Source of the DNA: Macrostomum lignano
Lineage: Eukaryota
Direction: 5' to 3'
Assembly (NCBI GenBank): GCA_002269645.1
Contig: NIVC01003003.1
Location: 1-64,000, forward strand
DNA: 64,000 bases
The notes beneath the pieces were generated by a model that did no database searches, had not been told where the DNA came from, and saw only the letters and a program-made list of their open reading frames with translations. Shown here in pieces: positions 37,896 to 50,914 of this stretch (the first letter of the stretch is position 1; every line of letters begins with the position of its first letter). Position numbers and translations under genes: made by a program.

Positions 37896-37938
37896 TTTGC
37901 CCTGAAGATGTCCGCTTTGGACGAAACGCGTCGGCAGT
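37896..37938 (+). ncRNA. Minimal type I hammerhead ribozyme in the Penelope 3' repeat
   Basis: UUGCC-CUGAAGA-U-GUCC(GCUUU)GGAC-GAA-ACGCGU-C^GGCAG: stems I and II pair, stem III is a 6-nt palindrome, and the GUC cleavage triplet ends at 37932. Confidence 0.82.
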
Positions 37939-37995
37939 TTAAATAGATTAAATGTTTGTTTTGACGTTTGCTCTTTTGCTAATTAGAATCCTTAA

Positions 37996-38530
37996 AGTCC
38001 TCAAAATGTCACATCCTCAAAATGTCACATCCTCGAAATATCACATTTTCGAAATGTCACGTCCTCACAATGTCACGTCCTCAAAATGTCACATCCTCGA
38101 AATGTCATGTCCTCATAATGTCACTTCCTCAAAATGTCATGTCCGCATAATGTCACATCCTCAAAATGTCACATCCTCAAAATGTCACATCCTCGAAATG
38201 TCACATCCTCAAAATGTCCCGTCCTTACAATGTCACGTTCTAAAAATGTCACATCCTCAAAATGTCACATCCTCGAAATTTCACATCCTCACAATGTCAC
38301 GTCCTCAAAATGTCATGTCCTCAAAATATCACGTCCTCATAATTTCACGTCCTAAAAATATCATGTCCTCAAAATGCCACATCCTCAAAATTTCACATCT
38401 TCACAATGTCACGTCCTCAAAATTTCACATCCTCAAACTGTCACATACTCAAATGTTCACATCCTCACAATATCACACCCTCAAAATGTCACAAAATCAC
38501 AATGTGTCGCATCATGAAAATTTCACAAAC
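37996..38530. repeat. 17-bp degenerate minisatellite abutting the Penelope element
   Basis: Unit approximately CAAAATGTCACATCCT with an extra base; gives a 17-aa pseudo-repeat. Confidence 0.9.
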
Positions 38531-39499
38531 TCAAAAATTACATATCAGAAGTACAAAAGAAAATGACATATTACTATAATTTCTAGTTCATTGTGTAGCA
38601 AAACTAAGTAGCAATTAAGTTATTTCAGTCCTAACAAGTTCGATATCTTAAAAACGTGGACTTTTATAGAATTTTTCACGTTTCTTGAGCATAGCGCAAT
38701 TGCAACTGGCTACCCTCCACACAAAGAAACTCCACAAGTTGACAAAAACAATTGCATTATAACTCGTAGAATCTTATTGTTGTCGACAGTAAAAATCGAT
38801 AATAACAAGGTGTAGCTAAAATTCATATATAAACTTTTGGAAGATTAGTTAGTCAGTAGTACGCGCGCGGTTTTACCAACCGTTGGGAGACGAAGGAACT
38901 GGGGGGGGGGTGGTGACAAGTCAGCGTGAGTCACACAGTGTGTTTTGTTGTTCCGGGCTTTTACATTATGAGCTTCTACTTATTGGGAATTGCAGAGTGA
39001 ATTCCACAAAGCAAAGTTAAGTAGAGAGATTTATATGCATCTGTAAAATAGTCCCATACAGTACGATACGAAGTTTTGCGCGGGCACTGCATGGAGAGAG
39101 AGGGGGGGAACCAGTTGAGTCGGTGGTTTCCTCACGGAAGGGAAATAATATGCTCGTCTATGCTCAAGTAGACAGAGAGAGAGAGAGGGGGAGGAGTGTA
39201 TTGGGAAGCGAAATGGGGATATTTGCACAGTCTAATTCCTGTCGCTGCAAACCACGGAAAATGGGAGTTGGGGCGGCTTTTCGCAAACAACGGAGTGCTG
39301 GCGGAGGGTGACAGGAGGGAGAAACGGGACTCCAGTGAGGGGGGGCTGTTCTCTCTCCATTTTCCTTTTGCCCCATGCTTTCCCGAATTTCCTCAACTCA
39401 ACTCAATCAGGCTTGGGGGACAGGGACTCCGGTCTAGAATTCATCTACGGATTGGAAGCTAGTCAAAAAGAAAAAGGGATCGCTTCTAAAACTAACTGA

Positions 39500-40705
39500 A
39501 CATTTCACAAACTGGAGTCCTGGACACTTCACAAACAGGAAAATTCACAAACTGGACACTTCACAAACTAGACACTTCACAAACTGGACACTTCACAAAC
39601 AGGAAAATTCACAAACTGGACACTTCACAAACTAGACACTTCACAAACTGGACACTTCACAAACAGGAAAATTCTCAAACTGGACACTTCACAAACTGGA
39701 CACTTCACAAACTAGACACTTCACAAACTGGACACTTCACAAACTGGACACTTCACAAACTAGACACTTCACAAACTGGACACTTCACAAACTGGACACT
39801 TCACAAACTGGACACTTCACAAACTAGACACTTCACAAACTGGACACTTCACAAACTGGACACTTCACAAACAGGAAAATTCACAAACTGGACTCTTCAC
39901 AAACTGGACACTTCACAAACTGGACACTTCACAAACTGGACACTTCACAAACTGGACACTTCACAAACTGGACACTTTACAAACTGGACACTTCACAAAC
40001 TGGACACTTCACAAACAGGAAAATTCTCAAACTGGACACTTCACAAACTGGACACTTCACAAACAGGAAAATTCTCAAACTGGACACTTCACAAACTGGA
40101 CACTTCACAAACAGGAAAATTCTCAAACTGGACACTTCACAAACTGGACACTTCACAAACAGGAAAATTCTCAAACTGGACACTTCACAAACTGGACACT
40201 TCACAAACTGGACTCTTCACAAACTGGACACTTCACAAACTGGACACTTCACAAACTGGACTCTTCACAAACTGGACACTTCACAAACTGGACTCTTCAC
40301 AAACTGGACACTTCACAAACTGGACACTTCACAAACTGGACTTCACAAACTGGACACTTCACAAACTGGTCACTTCTTCAAACTGGACACTTCACAAACT
40401 GGACACTTCACAAACTGGACTTTCACAAACTGGACACTTCACAAACTGGACACTTCACAAACTGGACACTTCACAAACTGGAAAATTCACAAACTGGACT
40501 CTTCACAAACTGGACACTTCACAAACTGGACACTTCACAAACTGGACACTTCACAAACTGGACACTTCACAAACTGGACACTTCACAAACTGGACACTTT
40601 ACAAACTGGACACTTCACAAACTGGACACTTCACAAACTGGACACTTTACAAACTGGACACTTCACAAACTGGACACTTCACAAACTGGACACTTCACAA
40701 ACTAC
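39500..40705. repeat. 16-bp minisatellite
   Basis: Unit CACTTCACAAACTGGA. Confidence 0.96.
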
Positions 40706-41464
40706 AGATTTCATAAACTATAGACTTAAAAAAACAGAAATTCAACGGAGTTATCAGTATCTATCATCGTCCAGGTGTGTTAGTAGTCCCTGAGGCTGGA
40801 GTGTGTCTGACATTCTTTTTAATAGAGAGGGCAGAGCCGAGATCGTCAATGATTTGAAACCGCAACAATTTCAATTTGCAGTGTCCGTTGCAGAACTGCA
40901 TTCAGTCTGATTCTGTCACTGACTCACACTGGGCCTCTCTATTCTCTAATTAAATTGTCACTTCAAGATTGCACGACAATTGCGAACGATTCCAGGAAAT
41001 TTGAATGGGAACCTGGGTGGAAGTGGCTGGAATTGAAAAATCGGCGCCCCCCCCAATCCAATTCCCTCTTTGATCCCCTCTTCTGGCTATTTTTCAGCCG
41101 GATTTCGAAAGAACTGTGCGACCTCGATTCTGAAAAAAGCATAGGTGAGAGGTGATGAGCTCGGATGAAGAAGGAGACTGAGCTCTAATCCTCTGGCGGG
41201 CTCTCACTCATTCGCCTATCAGTGTTAGAAATCCCCTTAACTCATCACTATAGATTAGAATCCCAACCGTATGAGTGCGCGGCCTGGCTCACCTCCGCAA
41301 TAGCTCAGCTCATGCTAGATTGAATCCCTAATCCTTTAGCTGGGGCCAAGATAAATAACCTCAGGGCCTTGAAGGCGTTCTCGAAAACTGAGCGACTGAA
41401 TTAACACTGTGCCCACATATAAGCTGGGAATCCCGCTGCCAAGTCATCCGCTGCCGTGACAAGT

Positions 41465-42430
41465 TTTTGTGAAGTTTGGAGATTGTGAAGTTTAGGGATT
41501 GCGAAGCTTGGGGATTGTGGATCTTGGGGATTGTGAAGATTGGAGATTGTGAAGCTAATGGATTGTGAAGCTAATGGATTGTGAAGCTAATGGATTGTGA
41601 AGCTAATGGATTGTGAAGCTAATGGATTGTGAAGCTAATGGATTGTGAAGCTTGGAGATTGTGAAGATTGGAGATTGTGAAGCTTGGGGATTGTGAAGCT
41701 TTGGGATTGTGAAGCTTGGGGATTGTGAAGCTTGGGGATTGTGAAGCTTGGGGATTGTGAAGCTTGGGGATTGTGAAGCTTGGGGATTGTGAAGCTTGGG
41801 GATTGTGAAGCTTGGGGATTGTGAAGCTTGGGGATTGTGAAGCTTGGGGATTGTGAAGCTTGGGGATTGTGAAGCTTGGGGATTGTGAAGCTTGGGGATT
41901 GTGAAGCTTGGGGATTGTGAAGCTTGGGGATTGTGAAGCTTGGGGATTGTGAAGCTTGGGGATTGTGAAGCTTGGGGATTGTGAAGCTTGGGGATTGTGA
42001 AGCTTGGGGATTGTGAAGCTTGGGGATTGTGAAGCTTGGGGATTGTGAAGCTTGGGGATTGTGAAGATTGGAGATTATGAAGCTTGGGGATTGTGAAGAT
42101 TGGGGATTGGGAGGCTTGGAGATTGTGAAGCTTGGGGATTGTGAAGCTTGGGGATTGTGAAGCTTGGGGATTGTGAAGCTTGGGGATTGTGAAGCTTGGG
42201 GATTGTGAAGCTTGGGGATTGTGAAGCTTGGGGATTGTGAAGCTTGGGGATTGTGAAGCTTGGGGATTGTGAAGCTTGGGGATTGTGAAGATTGGGGATT
42301 GGGAGGCTTGGAGATTCTGGAGATTGGTGATTGGGAGGCTTTGGGATTGTGAAGATTGGGGATTGTGAAGCATGGATTGGGAAGTTTGGGCATTGGTGAA
42401 GTTGGATGTCAATGGGGATTGTGAAATCTG
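41465..42430. repeat. 16-bp minisatellite
   Basis: Unit GAAGCTTGGGGATTGT. Confidence 0.96.
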
Positions 42431-43035
42431 GAGAGTTTGAGCCAGTTTCACAGCTGGTGACAGTCAGCTTTGCATTTCGATCTTGTAAACAATAATAATA
42501 AGCAGAAGCTTTTTCTGTCAGTGCTTACTTCTAAAAGTCAAAGCAGCAATCAGCAATTTTGTCCGTCAGGCCTCAGCCAGAATTCCAACTACAAAGGCCA
42601 ATAATTACCGGTCCCAGGTACTCGTAAAAGGGGAGTTTATCAAACGTGTTTAAGTCAGACAATTTCAAGATCTGTGAAGAAATATTCTGGAAAAAGAAGG
42701 TCGACAATGCTCATAATTGCAACATAATCGCACAGTTTATTGCACCAATTATAGTCCGTAAATTTTGGTTCAGCCGGCTATAGCAAAATCTGCGACAATT
42801 ATCGCCTAATCTGCAACAAAGGCACTGACGCATCCAATGCCAAATTTTCTGGCCTTGGACAATTTTCGCAAAATTACAGTAAATTACATAATGCTCCAAT
42901 TATTTTGTTTGCGGCAATCAGCATCTTCTGCGGGGGATAAATTGCTTCTATTTTGCAATTGTTCCAATCATTCTTTTCCTTAGGGGTGACGTCTAAAAGC
43001 AAGGAAAGTTGCCTTTTCAATATTGGTCAATGTCC

Positions 43036-43730
43036 AACTGCCCTAATCTGCTTCTACCTACGTCTCTTCATATCTACCCATTCCTATCAACAATCAACAT
43101 CTAACTGCCCTAATCTGCTTCTACCTACGTCTCTTCATATCTACCCATTCCTATCAACAATCAACATCTAACTGCCCTAATCTGCTTCTATCTACCTCTC
43201 TTCATATCTACCCATTCCTATCAACAATCAACATCTAACTGCCCTAATCTGCTTCTATCTACCTCTCTTCATATCTACCCATTCCTATCAACATCTACTC
43301 ACCTCTAGAAAAATATAAACGCCTCTACAAACATCTACCCACCTCTACAAGCATCTACCCACCTCTACAAGCATCTACCCACCTCTACAAACATCTACTT
43401 ACCTCTATAAGCATCTACCCACCTTTACAAACATCTACCCACCTCTACAAACATCTACCCACCTCTACAAACATCTGCCAACCTCTACAAACATCTATTT
43501 ACCTCTACAAGCATCTACCCACCTCTACAAACATCTATTTACCTCTACAAGCATCTACCCACCTCTACAAACATCTATTTACCTCTAAAAACATCTACCC
43601 ACCTCTACAAACATCTATTTACCTCTACAAACATCTACCCACCTCTACAAACATCTATTTACCTCTACAAACATCTACCCACCTCTACAAACATCTACCC
43701 ACCTCTACAAACATCTACCCATCTCTACCA
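43036..43730. repeat. 67-bp repeat (~4 copies) followed by a 20-bp minisatellite
   Basis: AACTGCCCTAATC at 43036 and 43103; then ACCTCTACAAACATCTACCC units. Confidence 0.9.
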
Positions 43731-44026
43731 AATCTGCAGTTTTGTTCACAGTTGACAAGCTTCAATAATTTTTTATCTTTAATATTTTTTAGCGTATTTT
43801 CAGCGTATTTTTGGAATGCATACACTCTAATACATTCCAAAACTTTCCAAAATTCTTCCGGCCAGTCAGCCAGTCAGTTGTTAAACTCAATTAAATTAGC
43901 CGGCACACTAAGTGAGGCGCACAGCAATAGGCATTGTCCTTCAGATCCTTCAGTTGGCGAAATCGGAGAACTGTTGGCCCAGCAGAGCTGCTAAGTGGAA
44001 TCACATTTCGTTTCTGTCTCTCTCTC

Positions 44027-44030
44027 TCTT

Positions 44031-44088
<58 letters not shown>

Positions 44089-44095
44089 CCTCTCT
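44027..44095. repeat. (CT)n microsatellite
   Basis: Direct reading. Confidence 0.95.
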
Positions 44096-44409
44096 GGCGA
44101 TATATGGTTTGGAAGCTCGGCTTTTCCAACTGGGGTCTGTCAATTCTCTAAGAAATTTGCCCCCCCCCCCTCTTGGACCCCCCGTTGGCTCAAAAATCCC
44201 TTCGCGCTGTTCACTTCTTTGGCGAAAATTTTCCTGGGAATAACGTGGAAGTTTCTATTTCTATTTTAACGCATAGGGTTGAATATTTTGTCGACAGGAT
44301 ATTTCCATGAAAGCCAAAAATTGAGTGCACTTACCGGTCGAGGATCGTAATTGTTTGAGATCCTCATCCCAGATTCTCGTTTTCTTAAGATCCTAAAGAA
44401 TCTTATTTT

Positions 44410-44905
44410 TTCCAGATCCCTTCCTTTTAGATCCCATCCTTCTAGATCCCATCCTTCTAGATCCCTTCCTTTTAGATCCCATCCTTTTAGATCCCATCCT
44501 TCTAGATCCCATCCTTTTAGATCCCATCCTTCTAGATCCCATCCTTCTAGATCCCATCCTTTTAGATCTCATGCTTCTAGATCTCATGCTTCCAGATCCC
44601 ATCCTTCCAGATCCCATCCGTCCAGATCCCATCCTTCCAGATCCCATCCTTCCAGATCCCATCCTTTTAGATATCATGCTTCCAGATCCCATCTTTCCAT
44701 ATCCCATCCGTCCAGATCCCATCCTTCCAGATCCCATCCGTCTAGATCCCATGCTTTTAGATCCCATCCTTCTGTAGATCCCATCCTTTTAGATCCCATG
44801 CTTCTAGATCCCATCCTTCTAGATCCCATCCTTCCAGATCCCATCCTTCTATATCCCATTCTTCTAGATCCCATTCTTCTAGATCCCATGCATCTAGATT
44901 CCATT
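44410..44905. repeat. 15-bp minisatellite
   Basis: Unit AGATCCCATCCTTCT. Confidence 0.93.
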
Positions 44906-45774
44906 CGCTAAACAGCTAAAGGAGATGCCATAGCACTGGGCACGGCAGGAAGTCTCCACCTAAAAGCCAAAGCCAGCCTTCAAGATGTTGAAGTAATAAA
45001 ACAATCTCCTCTCAGCCTCTTTTCTCCCCCCGTCTCATCTTCGCGCCCCAGATCCTTATCACCACCTGAGCTTTAGTACCACCTCTATCTGCTCTTATTA
45101 GTCTATAAGTCTCAGGTGTGGAACGCCTTCGCCAAAGTGGTCCTCTCCAGCATCCTGTTCCGCTGCGGCATCCGGGATGCAGGCACTAATTAAGCCAGGG
45201 CCTGTTCCCATAGAATTTGCTTCGCTAATTTTTTCTCTCGCCATTAGCTGGGAAAAAGAGAGATAGAGGAATAAATGCTTTCGGCCGGCTGCTCGCTGAG
45301 CGTGTGCAGAAGCAGACTTATGAGTTGAGAAGCTGCCGCCCCTGATGCAGGGCACGTTCGGCTCCTCATCCTTCCCCCCTTCTCTCAGTCTCCTTCGATC
45401 TCTTCTCTACCTCTCAGAGCTAAAAGCCACATAGAGGGGGGGGGGCTGAAGACGATTCTAGAAATTGTTGAAGCCTATAATTTTGTGTGCACACACAGGC
45501 ACTCACACATCCGACCGCTTGGTTAATTGTATGCCTAGAATAAGCGAAGGGCTGAGATAATCACTTATAATTAAGGATCGGCGCCCCTGATTTCGCAGCA
45601 GAGTCTCTCATTGCCTGGATTTCTCTCGAATCTCGTCATTTCTTCATCTGAGCTCATCTATAGGCTTGATCCGACAGGCTCAAGTCTGATTCGGGTAGAG
45701 TTCCAAGAAACAAAGGGCCTGTATTAAATGGCACTAAAACCTAAAAAAATGGATAGTTTTGTGAGTAGCTGACA

Positions 45775-46045
45775 CTTAGTGTCAGTCAGTGGCTCTAAAA
45801 TAAGTGTCAGCAGCGCGAAAATGAGTGTCAGTGATGCTAAAATGAGTGTCAGCCATGCTCCAATAAGTGTCAGCAGCGCGAAAATGAGTGTCAGCGATGC
45901 TTCAATAAGTGTCAGCTGCTTGAAAATAAGTGTCAGCTATGCTCCAATAAGTGTCAGTGATGTTAAAATAAGTGTCAGCGGCGCTAAAATAAGTGTCAGC
46001 GGCGCTAAAATAAGTGTCAGCGGCGCTAAAATGAGTGTCAGCGGC
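45775..46045. repeat. 21-bp minisatellite
   Basis: Unit AAAATAAGTGTCAGCGGCGCT. Confidence 0.9.
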
Positions 46046-46871
46046 ACCCAGTTTCGATGTCATCAAGGCTAAAATTGCACCTGAAGCGCCAAACTAAGTT
46101 GCCGAATCCCTTTCCCCCAAAAATATGACACCTCCTGCCCGAAATCCCAATTTGCAATCCTCCCCAGCACTTGGCCCGGGTTTGCAAAACTATGGAAAAC
46201 GCCGAGCAGCCCCAGAAAGCTCCGCAATGACAGTCAGCAGCAGCTCTCGGGCCTCTATTGGCTGCCATGGGCTTTTGGCTCTGGGCATCGTCTTTGCAGC
46301 AATGGTTTCGCGTCTCTCAACTGTTGGCTGTGGCGCGGGTGGGGTAGGCAATGGGGGAGGGTGGGTGTTAACCGAAAGCAGGGGGGTGGGGAGAGAGAGG
46401 GAAGGATAGAATAGAAAAGGAAGGATCAGCAGCGGCGGCAGTTCCCCTCAGCTTAAAAAAGCTTAACGCTCATATCAGCGAGGTAAACGACTACTTAAAC
46501 AACTGCTAGACAAGAGCAGCCCGAGCTACTATAGCAAAAGAAATCAACTTTCTGCTTGAGCTTGAGTTCACTTAAGTTCGCTTAATTCCCGGAAACTCAA
46601 TCGTCTTTTGTCCAATATTTTCTGCCATTAGAAGCGGTCCCTCATCCCAGCATATTTCGCTTCATCTAACTTGGAAGAGTTCTCTCTGTGTTTTGGTGTT
46701 CTCCCCAATTGATTAATCCCTTCTTGTCTCTCAGTGAATAATCATCTGGATTCCAGGCTCATCCGCTTCTCCGCAGCAGCTTCAACTCCGAACTCAACTT
46801 TCATCCATCTAGCGGACTTCACGAACAGGAGGAAGAGGGTAAGAAAATCCTGACGCGCTGAAGAAATCCAT

Positions 46872-47290
46872 CTGTCTGAGTGCCTGTCTGAGTGTCTGTC
46901 TGAGTGTCTGCCTTAGTGTCTGCCTTAGTGTCTGTCCTATTGTCTGTCCTAGTGCCTGTCTTAGTGTCTGTCCTAGTGCCTGCCTTAGTGTCTGCCTTAG
47001 TGTCTGCCTTAGTGTCTGTCTCAGTGCTTGTCTTAGTGCCTGTCTTAGTGTCTGCCATAGTGTCTGCTTTAGTGTCTGCCATAGTGTCTGCCTTAGTGTC
47101 TGCCTTAGTGTCTGTCGTAGTGTCTGCCTTAGTGTCTGCCATAGTGCCTGTCTTAGTGTCTGCCATAGTGTCTGCTTTAGTGTCTGCCATAGTGTCTGCC
47201 TTAGTGTCTGCCTTAGTGTCTGTCTTACTGTCTGTCTCAGTGCTTGTCTTGGTCCATGTCTTAATGTCTGCCTTAGTCTCTGTTTTAGTG
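46872..47290. repeat. 12-bp minisatellite
   Basis: Unit TAGTGTCTGCCT. Confidence 0.92.
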
Positions 47291-48848
47291 TGTGCCTATC
47301 AGCAGCTTATTTCTTTTTACTGCGAGCATCAGAATCCCTCAATGCTAGATCTCATATCGTTTCTCTCTCCCTCTCCCTCTCTCTCTCCTCTCTCCTCTCG
47401 CCTCTCGCTCGGTCTCTCAACACTAACACTTTTTACAGATTTGAACCGCCCCGAATGTTGACTGCAACCGTTTAGGGGGTTCGAGCAGCTGAAGCGGAGC
47501 AGAAAAAATAGCGGCTCCCTCTTTCTCGGCTGGTGCATAAGAAGAAATTATTCAACCATTTCGCTCCCGGAGACTCAGTCGTCATCGTTCCCTCAATCTT
47601 ACTCAACCCCCCCATCTTTCCAGCATGCCGCCCCGCTCCTCTCCTCATCCTAGCTCTCGCAGAAGAAGAAAATATTTCCATCCATCCACCCCCCTCATCC
47701 ATTCCAAGGCGGAATCGTTTTAAACATTCCTTCCGTTGGGGGTTTTTTACTCTTCGGTTCGTTTCTTCCTCCCCCCGCTCCTGCGCGCGCGATGCTTTAA
47801 TAAATATTTCCTGGAGGGGAAAAATCCGACTCGACTCCGCGACACGGCGAAATCCCCAAGAGGACGCTGCCGTTGCGAGGAACAAACGGCGGAGGTGGGG
47901 AAGGAATTATTAATAAAAAGCGGTCTCGCAATCCAACGGCTTTAATTCCCTTACCGCTTCTTTCTTGCATATTTCTTGAATATTTCTTGCTTTTTGCTTC
48001 CAGTAGCAGATGCCAAGAAAGAATAAAATTAAGAGTAGGGTTTGCAAATTAAATTCTAAATAGTGTTGTGTCCTTCATTTACCCTCCAGTTCTGACAGAA
48101 CCAAAGCAGCTCAACATCAACAGAGAAACCCCACGGGAGCTACTCGAGAAGGTAAACTGCAAGCAAAAATGTGCCCTAAACGGGCCGTTTTTACGTTTTC
48201 ACTACTTGGAGCAGGGGACCAGATGAGAGAGTAGATGAGAGGGGAGAGAAGAGATAAGAGAGAAGCTGAGAAATGACACAAACCTTGAGCTAGCTTACTC
48301 CTGACTTAGAGAAAATTCATATTCCAATTCCGACTCATAGCGGACCCAACAAAATCGGATCGGTCATTGATTTTCCCCTCTCTCCCCCTCTCCCTCTTAT
48401 CCCTCCTTTACCCTGCTCCCAAACACAAAGGAGGCCACCCAGGACTAGAAGCACGCACAAGGGGGACCCACGCAAACTTTGACAAGCATTCTGAAGCTTG
48501 GTCTGGCCCGCACACTCGCTTCTGATGATTGAGCGAACTGGCTGGAAGAAACCCTTACTGAGCTTAACTTCCCTAACCCCCAACTCCCCCCCCAACCCTC
48601 ACTCATCCAGCGATCTTCCTTGTACTCAAGTTCTGCTCAGCTCTTTGTTTTACTCAAACCGAGCGCCCCCAGTGGGCCATAACACATCGTCCTTAGTAGA
48701 AGAGTAAAATAAGAGAGAGAGAGGGGAGGCCCATGAAGCTAACATATCAGAGAACCCAACTACTTACTCGAATCCCCAAGTTAGTTGGAAGCCAACATTG
48801 CCACTCTACTAAATCTGCAGGCTATTTAAATTCAATCATTTTTTACAG

Positions 48849-49199
48849 GAAATCGCGTTGCACATGCTCAGCGTTAGCAGCAGTCCAGTTAGTCAGCAGG
48901 TCAACAGCGCTAACGGTCACCAACAGCAGCAGCAGCAGCACAACAACGGCTACCAGCAGCACCCCATGGACAGCCTGACTGGAAATCCTCATCATCAGCA
49001 TCAGCAGCGGCAGCTGACTGGCCTGCAGCATCAACTCGGAGCGCACCAGCAGCTGCACAACAACAACATCATGGAGGCCGGCCTGATGAGCTCAGGCGTT
49101 GGCTACTATGATCAGCAGCAATTCAGCCATTTTCCCGACTCAAGCAATCCGTTGGACTACTTTCAGGTTGGGGTCGCTCACGCTGGCAAATTTGCCGAG
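48849..49199 (+). CDS. da: Gln/His-rich exon, probably 5' part of the E-protein (daughterless/TCF-like) gene
   Basis: TTTTTTACAG acceptor; donors CAG|GTTGGG (49166) or GAG|GTGAGG (49199), both phase 0 and compatible with the exon at 58681; ATG at 48864. The link to the bHLH exon is inferred from phase and composition. Confidence 0.6.
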
Positions 49200-49324
49200 G
49201 TGAGGCAAATTTGATCTTGAGTACTTTGATGACGTCACACCTTAGTTGATCGCATATAGATAGCATTTCATATGCATCCGACTTGAATATGCAATGGCAC
49301 CAAACTCATAAGAAAATGGCATCT

Positions 49325-50125
49325 ATCAGTCCGATTGAAAATGGCATCCTATTATCAAAAATGACACCCACCCGATTGACAATGGCATCCTATTATCAGA
49401 AATGACACCCACCCGATTAAAAATGGCATCCTATTATCAAAAATAACACCCACCCGATTGACAATGGCATCCTATTATCAAAAATGACACCCACCCGATT
49501 GAAAATGGCATCCTATTATCAAAAATAACACCCACCCGATTGACAATGGCATCCTATTATCAAAAATGACACCCACCCGATTAAAAATGGCATCCTATTA
49601 TCAAAAATAACACCCACCCGATTGAAAATGGCATCCTATTATCAAAAATGACACCCACCCGATTGAAAATCGCATCCTATTATCAAAAATGACACCCACC
49701 CGATTGAAAATGGCATCCTATTATCAAAAATGACACCCACCCGATTGAAAATGGCATCCTATTATCAAAAATGACACCCACCGATTGAAAATGGCATCCT
49801 ATTATCAAAAATGACACCCACCCGATTGAAAATGGCATCCTATTATCAAAAATGACACCCACCCGATTGAAAATGGCATCCTATTATCAAAAATGACACC
49901 CACCCGATTGAAAATGGCATCCTATTATCAAAAATGACACCCACCCGATTGAAAATGGCATCCTATTATCAAAAATGACACCCACCCGATTGAAAATCGC
50001 ATCCTATTATCAAAAATGACACCCACCCGATTGAAAATGGCATCCTATTATCAAAAATGACACCCACCCGATTGAAAATGGCATCCTATTATCAAAAATG
50101 ACACCCACCCGATTGAAAACGACAT
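49325..50125. repeat. 41-bp minisatellite
   Basis: Unit GATTGAAAATGGCATCCTATTATCAAAAATGACACCCACCC. Confidence 0.95.
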
Positions 50126-50592
50126 CCTAGTAGAATCAACAATGGCACTACATCTACATTCGAAAAATGGCATCTTTTATTAAAAACTCTCCCTCAAGAT
50201 CAAGCCTGACACGCATGAAGAAAATCACCCTGTTTTAGATTGGGAATCTGAGTCCTTCTCTCTATCTCAATTTTAGTGCAAATATTTTCTATCTTCGCTG
50301 CCCAGGTGACTCAGCCAAGCGTTATTATTGAGAGGCCTGTTCGATGCTCCCCGATTTTATGACCCCAACGGCTTGCAGTAGCCTCTCCCATCTATCGAAC
50401 TGCCCGACCCGTCCTATCCGGCAGCCGCTTATTTTGAGTTCTAGAAATGCTCAAGCAAAACCCGCACCTCCCTTCTGCCCTCCTCCCATCTCCTCGCTCT
50501 CTCGCTCGCTTGCTACTTTAGCAAATGTTTAACCAAACCGGGGCTTCTTATCGGACTGAAAGAAAATGGCCAGCATAGGAATTTCTGGATCG

Positions 50593-50593
<1 letters not shown>

Positions 50594-50648
<55 letters not shown>
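50594..50648. repeat. (CT)n microsatellite
   Basis: Direct reading. Confidence 0.95.
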
Positions 50649-50650
<2 letters not shown>

Positions 50651-50914
50651 CTCGGTCCAGTCTCTCTCCGTCATCAAGTTGCTAGCTAGTCTGGAGCTGG
50701 CTGGCACTATTGCTAGCGTTCGATGACAGTTCGAGTCGAATAGAGGTTTGGGGGGAGGGGGGGGGGGCTTTGGAACGAAGCTTCCAGACTGGAGCTGCAG
50801 AAATAGATTTCTTTCTTAATCTATCTGCTTCTATAGTAGGCGGACAAATTGATAACCAGAAGGATAGATATCGACATTAAGACAGGCCCTGAGACATACG
50901 GACAGACACACATT

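Larger units (their letters stand above)
36423..37995. mobile_element. 5'-truncated Penelope-like retroelement with an inverted duplicate of its 3' end
   Basis: GIY-YIG coding region; ~36460-37062 is the reverse complement of parts of 37115-37984; flanked by a 13-bp direct repeat TTAGAATCCTTAA. Confidence 0.9.

Noticed and set aside
8893-47461. Repetitive ORFs at 8893, 17900, 20653, 24167, 25237, 30494, 32658, 33649, 34396, 37952, 41603, 44351, 45779 and 46819
   Set aside because: Each coincides with a minisatellite and is open in several frames or on both strands; none has splice or codon support.
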